A DNA stretch of 64,000 bases from Thermodesulfobacteriota bacterium (lineage in GTDB: Bacteria; Desulfobacterota; Binatia; Binatales; Binataceae). The position numbers and the translations under genes are program-made. The notes under the pieces were generated by a model, which was not told where the DNA came from, did no database searches, and was given only the letters and a program-made list of their open reading frames with translations. Location of the stretch: assembly GCA_046728175.1 (NCBI GenBank), contig JBKPEA010000003.1, positions 3,517 to 67,516 on the forward strand, given 5' to 3'. This document shows, piece by piece, positions 8,454 through 16,770 of the stretch; positions within the stretch are counted from its first letter, which is position 1; the number at the start of each line of letters is the position of its first letter.

Positions 8454-9431
8454 ATGGGCAAGAAAGCCAATCCAACCATGGTTGGGGCCTTCGTACTGGG
8501 CTCCCTCGCAATCGTAATCGCCGTAATCATCGGATTGGGATCAAGCCACCTGTTCAGGCGGGAACATAAGTTCGTCATGTTTTTCAGCAGCGACGTGAAC
8601 GGTCTGAACATAGGTGCGCCGGTCAAGTTTCGGGGCGTCGAAATCGGCTCGGTGACCAACATCCTGTTGAGCCTCGGCGGCCTCGGGGGCAGCGGCATAC
8701 AACAGACCGGGCAGATACGAATCCCGGTTATAATTCAGCTCGATTCGCGAAAACTCTTCGCGCGCGGCGCTGAACTTGACCTTGACGACCCGCAGCAGAT
8801 CGCGGCCACCATCCAACTTGGCTTGCGCGGCCAGCTTAAGACCGAAAGCCTGCTGACCGGGCTCGCCTACATCGACCTCGACATGCATCCCGACACGCCG
8901 GTCAAGTACTACCTGGGGCGCAACTCCCCCTATCCGGAAATTCCGACGATCCCGACCCAGCTCGAGCAAGCACAGACCGCAATCATCCGGATCATGGCGG
9001 CTCTCGAAAAGGTTGACTTCGATAAGCTGACAACGAGCTTCACGCGGACCGCAAATTCGATCAACGACCTGGTCAAGTCCCAGCAGGTGCGCGAGACCCT
9101 CGTATCGCTGAACCAGGCCGCAATCGCCTTGAACGCGACCGCGCAAAGCATCAGAAAAACCAGCGATGACTTGAGCAGGCAGGTCGAGCCGGCGGCGGAA
9201 GATCTGCGCAAGACCACGGCGTCCGCACGGGCCGCCCTGAAAGAGGCCCAGGATACCCTGGTCGCAGTGCAGAGCACCCTGGGACCCGGCTCTCCCGTGG
9301 ACTATCAACTCACCCAAACTCTCGAGCAGACCGGTGATGCGGCCCGCTCGCTGCGCCAGCTGGCCGACTATCTGCAGCGTAACCCAAGCTCGGTGATTCG
9401 CGGCCGCTACGCGGGGGACAGCGGCCAATGA
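8454..9431 (+). CDS. MlaD/MCE-domain substrate-binding protein
   Basis: N-terminal TM anchor, MCE core (FFSSDVNGLNIGAPVKFRGVEIGSVTNI) and a long helical C-terminus. The start abuts the ATPase stop. Confidence 0.85.
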   Translation: MGKKANPTMVGAFVLGSLAIVIAVIIGLGSSHLFRREHKFVMFFSSDVNGLNIGAPVKFRGVEIGSVTNILLSLGGLGGSGIQQTGQIRIPVIIQLDSRKLFARGAELDLDDPQQIAATIQLGLRGQLKTESLLTGLAYIDLDMHPDTPVKYYLGRNSPYPEIPTIPTQLEQAQTAIIRIMAALEKVDFDKLTTSFTRTANSINDLVKSQQVRETLVSLNQAAIALNATAQSIRKTSDDLSRQVEPAAEDLRKTTASARAALKEAQDTLVAVQSTLGPGSPVDYQLTQTLEQTGDAARSLRQLADYLQRNPSSVIRGRYAGDSGQ

Positions 9432-10039
9432 AACAACACATAATAGTAATCTTGGCGCTGTGCACGATTACGATTGCGGGTTGCCTCTCCCCCCGGCGCG
9501 ACAACTCGAAGTTCTTCGTGCTCTCTCCGGTGGGTGCCGACCCGGCGAGTGTAGGCTCCCGCCAGATCCTGGTTGGACTCGGCCCGATCAAGATGCCCGC
9601 GTACCTCGATAGACAAGAGGTCGTCACCCGCGTCGCACCGAACCGGCTCGAATTGTCCGGCGAGGACCGCTGGGCCGAGCCCTTGGACTCTGATTTTACC
9701 CGGGTACTCGCCCAGAACCTTGCTTCCGATCTAGGGACTCAGCGCATAACCTTTTACCCCTGGTACAACACCACGGTCGTGGACTACCAGGTCAAGGTCA
9801 ACGTGTACCGGTTCGAGAGCGACAAAGACGGCAAGGTCGAGCTGACCGCTCATTGGCAGGTGCTGAGCGGAACCGGAAAACTGTTGGTCGTGCGCGATTC
9901 CAGCTATACGGAGACGGCCAAGCCCGGCGACTCGTCTGATTCCGCGGCTGCCATGAGCCGGGCGCTCGGCCGTCTGTCGCGGGAGATCGCCTCGGCACTC
10001 GAAGCCACCCCCACGAATACGGCGGCTGGATCGGCCTGA
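9428..10039 (+). CDS. PqiC/YmbA-like (ABC-type transport auxiliary) lipoprotein
   Basis: Lipobox TIAGC after a signal peptide. 4-nt ATGA overlap with the MCE gene. Size and position fit the auxiliary lipoprotein of Mce/Pqi systems. Confidence 0.7.
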   Translation: MKQHIIVILALCTITIAGCLSPRRDNSKFFVLSPVGADPASVGSRQILVGLGPIKMPAYLDRQEVVTRVAPNRLELSGEDRWAEPLDSDFTRVLAQNLASDLGTQRITFYPWYNTTVVDYQVKVNVYRFESDKDGKVELTAHWQVLSGTGKLLVVRDSSYTETAKPGDSSDSAAAMSRALGRLSREIASALEATPTNTAAGSA

Positions 10040-10052
10040 GGTCAGGAGCCTT

Positions 10053-11015
10053 TCAGCCGAGATTCAGGTCCTCGTAGACGGCATCGATCGCCGCGGTGAT
10101 CCTCGCGTCGTGCCTGGCGGGAGCCGCCTCCAGCATCCCGTTGAAAACCAGGGCGACCGCAAGACCATATTCGGGATCGGCAAAGCCTACCGAGGATACG
10201 TAGCCCGCGTGGCCAAAGGCGCGCGGAGAGCAACGGCTTCCGTACCAGGCGGCCGCCCGACCGTAATGCTTGGAATCGATTACGAAACCCAATCCTCGGT
10301 CGAGGGGAAAATCGAAAATTCGATCTTTGAGTCCAACCGTATGGCGGGCGATCAGAGTTTCGAGCGTCTCCCCGCTGATGATGTCGCGGCCTCCGTCGAG
10401 CAACGCTTCATAGAAACGGCCCAGCTCGCGAGTCGGGCCGCGGCCGTTGCCGCCGGGGCGGCAATTCGCCAACGCCTCGCGAGAATCGCGAAAATACTTG
10501 TACATGTGAGGGATGGGTAGCGCGTTGCCATCGGCAAAGTGCATCGGCACGATGCGATCGCTGAAATCATCGTATCGCTCCACGGGCATGCCCAGCCACG
10601 AGTGGTTCATGCCGAGCGGTTCGAAAATCGCTTCCCGCACGTAGCGATGATAGGGGCGGCCATCTAGACGCCGAACGATTTCGCCCAGCACATACCATCC
10701 TGAGGCGACGTGATACCCGCAATCGCGACCCGGTATCCATCCGGGTTCCAGCGGCGCATCGCAAATCTCCGCGATGATCTTCTCCCAGGGATCATAGCTC
10801 CAGGCGCCCACCGCTCTGGGAAATCCACCGGTGTGAGTCAGGACGTGGCGGATAGTGATCGGCTCCTTGCCCTTGATACCGAACTCGGGGATGTACTTCG
10901 CGACCGGGTCATCGAATGCAAGCCGGCCTCTATCCCGCATCTGGCCAATCGCGACCGCAGTTACCGGCTTAATCGCTGACATCCACAGCATCAGGTGATC
11001 CTGGCGCATGGGCAC
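10053..11015 (-). CDS. serine hydrolase (beta-lactamase/transpeptidase-like); the true start is probably upstream of the listed GTG
   Basis: The SxxK motif (MSAIKPVTA) is only ~13 aa from the GTG start. The same frame stays open to 11162 and encodes fold-consistent sequence (TRTIQNIESGIAANLHLGAQLYVSRHGHTIADLGLGEA), but contains no ATG, GTG or TTG. Confidence 0.8.
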   Translation of the reverse strand: MPMRQDHLMLWMSAIKPVTAVAIGQMRDRGRLAFDDPVAKYIPEFGIKGKEPITIRHVLTHTGGFPRAVGAWSYDPWEKIIAEICDAPLEPGWIPGRDCGYHVASGWYVLGEIVRRLDGRPYHRYVREAIFEPLGMNHSWLGMPVERYDDFSDRIVPMHFADGNALPIPHMYKYFRDSREALANCRPGGNGRGPTRELGRFYEALLDGGRDIISGETLETLIARHTVGLKDRIFDFPLDRGLGFVIDSKHYGRAAAWYGSRCSPRAFGHAGYVSSVGFADPEYGLAVALVFNGMLEAAPARHDARITAAIDAVYEDLNLG

Positions 11016-11143
11016 ACCGCTGCGCGCCTCGCCGAGACCAAGGTCCGCGATCGTGTGACCGTGGCGCGATACGTAGAGCTGTGCGCCGAGATGCAGGTTC
11101 GCGGCGATCCCACTCTCGATGTTCTGGATGGTGCGCGTCAGAT

Positions 11144-11530
11144 TTAATTGCGTCGCGATCGGTCAACTCCCGCCTTGGTTCGCATGCTGACTTCGTCCCA
11201 CAAATTGATCTGGTAGCCGTCGGGGTCGGCCAGCTCCGCGCCGTATCCCCAAAGCTTCTGCGGGGCACTTATGAACTTGATGCCCTTGCGCGCCAGTTCG
11301 CGATGTTTCCGATCAACATCTTTGACCTGAATGACCAGGGTGCATTTTGCCCCCGCAATCTTGTCCGCAACCTGGTTCAGGAAAATCGTGAATCCCGCCT
11401 GATCCTGGATCGCGATGGTCTTGGTCTTGGGATTTTCGAACTCGACCTTGAATCCCAGAGTTTTCAGATACCAATCACGGGACCTTTTGCAGCTCGCGAC
11501 TGGCAGCGCCAGGTGATCGAATTTCAACAT
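11144..11530 (-). CDS. VOC (glyoxalase/bleomycin-resistance/dioxygenase) family protein
   Basis: MLKFDHLALPVASCKRSRDWYLKTLGF is a typical VOC N-terminus. AGGAG lies upstream of the ATG at 11530. The longer listed ORF (to 11608) would overlap the GNAT gene. Confidence 0.8.
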   Translation of the reverse strand: MLKFDHLALPVASCKRSRDWYLKTLGFKVEFENPKTKTIAIQDQAGFTIFLNQVADKIAGAKCTLVIQVKDVDRKHRELARKGIKFISAPQKLWGYGAELADPDGYQINLWDEVSMRTKAGVDRSRRN

Positions 11531-11555
11531 CGTGGCTCCTGTTTCCGCGCACGGC

Positions 11556-12233
11556 TCACAGGGTGCGCTTGAAGCGGCGCAGGCCGGGTGACCCACAGGC
11601 GGCTCCATGATCGGGATGACGCTTTTCGGCCTCGAAGCTAAATCCGGCCTTTGCGTACGCGTGCTCGGCCGGGTCGTTGCCGATCAGAAAGGTAATCTGA
11701 GCCTCGCTGAATCCTCGCCTGCGCCCTTCAGCGAGCGCGTGTTCTATGAGGATGCCGACGAGCCCCCGGCCCCGGTATTCCGGCAGCGTCGCGACATTCT
11801 CGATGGTCCAGCGGTTGTCGTCCCCTGGCAGAATGCAGGTGAAAACGTAGGCGCCCCGCTGCCACATCGTCTTGAGTTCCGCCTCGCTCCATTGGTAACT
11901 CGCAACGACCTCCGTCATCGCCTTCTCGGACAATGGATATCCGTCCCCGGCCCTAAACCGGCACAGCGCCGACGCCGGCTTGCCATCGACCTCGGCGATC
12001 AAGAACAGCGAGTAGTGCCACCATGACGGGGTCTCAGCGAGAACCAGCCGCCGCACAAACTCGAGGCACTCCGCTTCAGGACGCGCCAGCATGATGTCAA
12101 ACCAACCCTTCTTGAGGTGGGAGCGCATGGCCGCCTGAATGGTCCACGCGACGAACTCCGCGTCAGCCGCGGTTGCCGGTCGAATCGTTGGCTCGCTCAA
12201 CCCTGGGCACCTCCGTCCAAAGGCCCGGGGCAA
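11556..12233 (-). CDS. GNAT-family N-acetyltransferase
   Basis: Acetyl-CoA-binding region NVATLPEYRGRGLVGILIEHALAEGRRRG. The listed start is TTG, so the exact start is uncertain. Confidence 0.75.
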   Translation of the reverse strand: MPRAFGRRCPGLSEPTIRPATAADAEFVAWTIQAAMRSHLKKGWFDIMLARPEAECLEFVRRLVLAETPSWWHYSLFLIAEVDGKPASALCRFRAGDGYPLSEKAMTEVVASYQWSEAELKTMWQRGAYVFTCILPGDDNRWTIENVATLPEYRGRGLVGILIEHALAEGRRRGFSEAQITFLIGNDPAEHAYAKAGFSFEAEKRHPDHGAACGSPGLRRFKRTL

Positions 12234-12364
12234 GCGTACAATGGGGACCGGACGAGGTCATCACTTGAGCTAACCGCCGAAAAGCGCGGAAGGTTACGGT
12301 GGCGGGTTGTACCTGGCCCCGCGGGCGCATATTTAAGAAAACTATTTCATCCAAAAGGTAGCCG

Positions 12365-13168
12365 ATGGATACCCACGAATTTCAGACGATCAGAGCCAAG
12401 GTGGAGGGCCCTCTCGGACGGCTCACCCTCAATCGACCGGACCGATTGAACGCGATCGGCGCGACCATGCTTCAGGAACTGGCCGAGGCGGCGCGGTGGT
12501 TTGATACGCAGCGCGATCTGCGGGTCGTAATCATGAGCGGTGTGGGGCGGGCATTCTGCGCCGGAGCGGATTTGAAAGATCCCCCCGCGGCCGGACAGCT
12601 GGGCAGCGACAAGAGTTGGTTGTTTCGGCGCGAGGCCGGGCAATACGGACTGCGCGCCGCCGACGCGCTCGAGCAGATGCGCGCGGTGACCATCGCTCAG
12701 GTGCAAGGCTATGCGGTCGGAGGCGGAGTGGTGCTCACCGCGGTCTGCGATCTGCGCGTAGTGGCGGACGACGCGTGGTTCTTCATTCCGGAAATCGATC
12801 TCGGGCTGCCGCTGTCCTGGGGTGGAATTCCCCGTCTGGTGCGCGAGATCGGGCCGGCTATGACCAAGGAATTGGTCATGACGTGCCGGCGTTTCGGAGC
12901 GGCGGAAGCAAAGGCTTTGGGGTTCGTCAATCGCGTGGTCCCGCCGGCGCGGCTCGCGGCTGAGGTCGAAGAGCTTGCCCGCGAATTAATCGCCAAGCCT
13001 TCCGTACCGGTGGCGATAACCAAGGAGCACGTGAACGCGGTCACACGCGCGGCCAGCGCGGGTCTCACCCCGTACGCCGACGGCGACGTGCTGATGTCGA
13101 CCGTGGGCGAGGAGGAATCGCGCGCCGCGGCCCGTGCCTACCGCGAAAAGATTCTCGGCAAACGCTAA
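12365..13168 (+). CDS. enoyl-CoA hydratase/isomerase family protein
   Basis: LTLNRPDRLNA and GVGRAFCAGADL crotonase motifs. Confidence 0.9.
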   Translation: MDTHEFQTIRAKVEGPLGRLTLNRPDRLNAIGATMLQELAEAARWFDTQRDLRVVIMSGVGRAFCAGADLKDPPAAGQLGSDKSWLFRREAGQYGLRAADALEQMRAVTIAQVQGYAVGGGVVLTAVCDLRVVADDAWFFIPEIDLGLPLSWGGIPRLVREIGPAMTKELVMTCRRFGAAEAKALGFVNRVVPPARLAAEVEELARELIAKPSVPVAITKEHVNAVTRAASAGLTPYADGDVLMSTVGEEESRAAARAYREKILGKR

Positions 13169-13203
13169 GCCGTCGCGGCCGCGGCAGCACGACGGATGCG
13201 ACG

Positions 13204-16200
13204 ATGCTTCAGCTCCACTACGCGAATTGCTTTGAAAATCTGCTTGGGCCGCTGGCGCAGGCCGTTGAGCTAGATCAGCGGCGGGACCCACTCGCAACGC
13301 TGCCAATTATCGTTCCCAACCGCGCGGTCGAGCAATTCGCGAAATATGGAATCGCGGAGCGGCTCGGAGTCGCGGCCAACCTCGCGTTCCCGTTTCTGCG
13401 CCGTTATCTGGCCCGCATTGCAGAGCAGGCCGACTCAAGCATCCGGGTGCTCGAAGTTCCGCACTTGCAGGTCGCGCTATTCCAGTGCCTGCGCAGCGAC
13501 GCGCATCTCGACGGGTTGCGAGCGGTTCGCGAATACTTTGCGGCGGCCAACCCCGCCACTGACGCTTTAGGAGAACTGCGGCTCTTCGAGCTGGCCGGCC
13601 GGGTAGCACACCTGTTCCAGGAATATTCGATTTCGCGAAGCGGGATGCTCCACGCGTGGAATTCGGGAAGCTCGCCTGCAAGGTCGGACGAGGAGCTCTG
13701 GGAGCGAACGCTGTGGACCCTGGTTTTCGACCGCGAGCGAGCCGCGCTTGGCGCCCCCCTGGCCTTCGACACCGAGCATCGGTGGATGCTTCTGCCGCAG
13801 GCGCTCGCCGCGATTCCCGATAGCCGCCTGCGCGACGTGCTCCCGCCCGTGCTCCATGTTTTCGGCCTCGCGTCGCCGGGCCGTGTTTTCCTGGAGATCT
13901 TCGCGCGCGTGGGCAGACTCGCCGACCTTTTGGTCTATGCGCTGAACCCGTGCATGGAGTTTTGGGAAGACGTCGATGATTCATCGGCGGCCCGTGCTTC
14001 GACCTGGCGCCGCCGCGCGGAAAAGGTGGGCACGGCGCTCGAGGACGGCGAGGACCCCTTTGACCTCGCAACCCCGAGCGACACACGGGCGCTGCAGCTG
14101 TGGGGACGGCCGGGTCGCGAATACATCCGGATGCTCAATGAACTGACCCAGTGTGATTTTCAGCCGCACTTCACGCACGTCGGGGGCGCGTCACTTCTGG
14201 CGCGTCTGCAAGAAGACATTTTGGTGCGCGCGGCGAGCGCTCCCGGCGACCGAAAGAACCGGGTAGAACCACGGCCCCAGAGTATTCGCTTCATCGGCGC
14301 GCCCGGGCTCCGGCGCGAGGTAGAGATCATCGCCAACGAAATTCTCCGGGTGGTCTCCGATGCGGAAGGATCCGGCTACTCGCCGTTGCGGTTTCACGAG
14401 GTGGCGGTTCTGGTTCCCGATGCGGTGGCCGACGCTTATCTGCCGCAGATCGAAAGCGTGTTCGCTTCGCAGTTCGCCATTCCAGTTGAAATAGCCGGGC
14501 GGCAGTTTTACCGATGCCGAGCCGCGGAGGCGCTCGCGCTGCTGATCAAGTTTCCGCTAGGGCGAGCGACGCGCGCGGAAATCCTGCGCCTCCTGACTCA
14601 CCCCGTGATTGCCGGCACCGAGGGCGAGCTGGATATCGATCGCCTGAGCGCGTGGTGCGAGGAACTGGGGGTTTTCTTCGGGGTGGATGCGAGCGATCTA
14701 GCCGACACGTACGTGCCGGCCAACCTTTTTCAATGGGATCAGGCCCTGACGCGCATTACCTTGGGCGCCTTTATGGAGGGCGGCCTGGGCGAAGGTCACA
14801 ATCTATATCAAAGCGAGTCGGGTGCATTACTGCCGTTAACTCTGCTGCAGGAGGAGGTCCCGGCGGCGGCGCGCTTTCTCAAAACCGCGCGGACCCTTCT
14901 GGCCGACACGCGCGAGATCCGATCGCATCGCCTCTCGCTGTCGGATTGGGCTTTCCTGCTCGCCGAGCTCATTGGCACCTATGTTCAGGCCCGCGATCCC
15001 GAGGATCAGTCGTTTCGCGACCAATGCTTCGAAATTCTTGAGGCGATGGGCTCGCTCCGGACCGATCCGGTCAGCTATGAGGTCGCCCATTCCTTCGTAA
15101 GCGCCTCGCTCTCGGAGCGCGCTGCCCGGCAAGGCGGGTTTTCGGGTCGTGGGGTCGCAGCCGGCTCGCTTGGGACCCTTCGCGCGCTGCCGTTTCGGGC
15201 GATCTTCGTGATGGGCATGAACGAGGTGGCCTTTCCGGAACGAGATCGTCGCGAGCCGACCGACCTTCGGCTTGCGCGCCGCCACCCGGGTGACATCAGT
15301 CCGCCAGAGCGCGACCGCTACTTATTTCTGGAATCGATTCTGGCGGCACGCGAGCGAATCGCTTTTTCATGGGTCGAGCGCGATCCGCAGACCGGAGATC
15401 GACTGGAGCCTTCCACCACGGTGCGTGAGCTTCAATCTATCCTGCGAGGTTACCTGGACACTCCGCAGCAGCTTACCGAGCTGACGACCTTCCATCCGGT
15501 AAGCAGCTACGACCCCGACTACTTTCCCGATCTGGCGGCCGTCGCGCGGCCGGATTCCAGTGCGCGTCGTGACCTCGTGAGCTTTGACTCGGCCGCACGC
15601 TGCGGTGCCCGGATGCGTCGACTGCGCGAGCATCTAGCCGTGGGTTCTCAAGACCACATATTGCCGGCGCGAGCTGCGCTCCTGGAGAGACTTGACCCGG
15701 GCGTACGCGCACGTCTGGCGGAAAGTCTCGGATCCTTCGAATTGCCGATCAAATCCGTGTCAAACGCCGACGAGCTCGATTTACCCCTGGCCGCGGTACG
15801 GCGTTTCCTCGAGTGCCCCCTCCAGGGCGCGGCGAGATATGCGCTGGGGATGGTGGAGGATGACGGTCCGCCGGAGGATGCGGTCGACGAGCCAATCGCG
15901 CTGTCGAGACTCGATCATGCCCTGATTTTGCGCGAAGCATTCTGGACTGCCCGGGGTAAGCCGGAACTTTTCGTAGATGCTTACCGAGAAGCAATCGCCA
16001 CCGCGCAAATGAAGGGCGCCGCTCCTGCGGGGCCCTTCGCCGACGCCGCGATCGAGGCTGATTGCAAGCGCTTCGCGCGATGGTGCCGCGAACTGGATGC
16101 CAAGCGCCGCGACCTGGGCGAATGGCGAGTTTTCAGGATGGGCCGTGGCACCGAATCTTCCCGTGCCGACCGGGTCTTGCCGCCGTTGCGCCTTGATGTT

Positions 16201-16770
16201 TGCGCTATCGATCGCGAGGGTCGGGTGTTGGTTCGCAAAGTAAATCTGCATGGGTCGCTGGGAGCTTTTTCCCCGGCGCTCGACAGTTCGCTACGCCTGG
16301 TCACCCGCTCCAAGCCGAAACCGCAGGACTTTCTCGAACTGTTCATCGCGGCAATCGCACTGCGCGCCGCCGGTGAGCCGGTCGCGAAGAGGTTCGAGGC
16401 GCTGGTGCTCGGCGACCCTGCGAGAAACTCAACCAAGGCGGCCCTTTGGAGCAGAGGGCTCGGCACGCCGGTGCCCGACGCGGCACGCGAGTACCTCGCG
16501 CAACTGGTCGGCGAAATGACAACCCGTGCCCACGACTATTTCCTGCCGATCGAGGCGGTCGCGGAGGCTCGTCGCGCGATCCGACGCGGCAAGGACGCGC
16601 TCGACCGCATCGACAATATCCGCGAAGGCTTCGGTTCCTGCGCCTCGGACTACGGCCCGGTCCGCAACGCTCGCGACTATGAGCCGCCGGATGAACACGA
16701 GGTCGCCGCCATCATTGGACGGCGTTTCCAGCCGGTCGAGGCGATTTTCGAAGGCCGGGACGACGGGTGA
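13204..16770 (+). CDS. recC: exodeoxyribonuclease V gamma subunit
   Basis: 1188 aa. The N-terminus MLQLHYANCFENLL...IVPNRAVEQF parallels RecC. It is immediately followed by RecB-like and RecD-like genes. Confidence 0.85.
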   Translation: MLQLHYANCFENLLGPLAQAVELDQRRDPLATLPIIVPNRAVEQFAKYGIAERLGVAANLAFPFLRRYLARIAEQADSSIRVLEVPHLQVALFQCLRSDAHLDGLRAVREYFAAANPATDALGELRLFELAGRVAHLFQEYSISRSGMLHAWNSGSSPARSDEELWERTLWTLVFDRERAALGAPLAFDTEHRWMLLPQALAAIPDSRLRDVLPPVLHVFGLASPGRVFLEIFARVGRLADLLVYALNPCMEFWEDVDDSSAARASTWRRRAEKVGTALEDGEDPFDLATPSDTRALQLWGRPGREYIRMLNELTQCDFQPHFTHVGGASLLARLQEDILVRAASAPGDRKNRVEPRPQSIRFIGAPGLRREVEIIANEILRVVSDAEGSGYSPLRFHEVAVLVPDAVADAYLPQIESVFASQFAIPVEIAGRQFYRCRAAEALALLIKFPLGRATRAEILRLLTHPVIAGTEGELDIDRLSAWCEELGVFFGVDASDLADTYVPANLFQWDQALTRITLGAFMEGGLGEGHNLYQSESGALLPLTLLQEEVPAAARFLKTARTLLADTREIRSHRLSLSDWAFLLAELIGTYVQARDPEDQSFRDQCFEILEAMGSLRTDPVSYEVAHSFVSASLSERAARQGGFSGRGVAAGSLGTLRALPFRAIFVMGMNEVAFPERDRREPTDLRLARRHPGDISPPERDRYLFLESILAARERIAFSWVERDPQTGDRLEPSTTVRELQSILRGYLDTPQQLTELTTFHPVSSYDPDYFPDLAAVARPDSSARRDLVSFDSAARCGARMRRLREHLAVGSQDHILPARAALLERLDPGVRARLAESLGSFELPIKSVSNADELDLPLAAVRRFLECPLQGAARYALGMVEDDGPPEDAVDEPIALSRLDHALILREAFWTARGKPELFVDAYREAIATAQMKGAAPAGPFADAAIEADCKRFARWCRELDAKRRDLGEWRVFRMGRGTESSRADRVLPPLRLDVCAIDREGRVLVRKVNLHGSLGAFSPALDSSLRLVTRSKPKPQDFLELFIAAIALRAAGEPVAKRFEALVLGDPARNSTKAALWSRGLGTPVPDAAREYLAQLVGEMTTRAHDYFLPIEAVAEARRAIRRGKDALDRIDNIREGFGSCASDYGPVRNARDYEPPDEHEVAAIIGRRFQPVEAIFEGRDDG

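Noticed and set aside
13307-14086. 259-aa minus-strand ORF and several others inside recC, recB and recD
   Set aside because: Antisense to the helicase/nuclease genes. The products are R/P/A-rich with no motifs.
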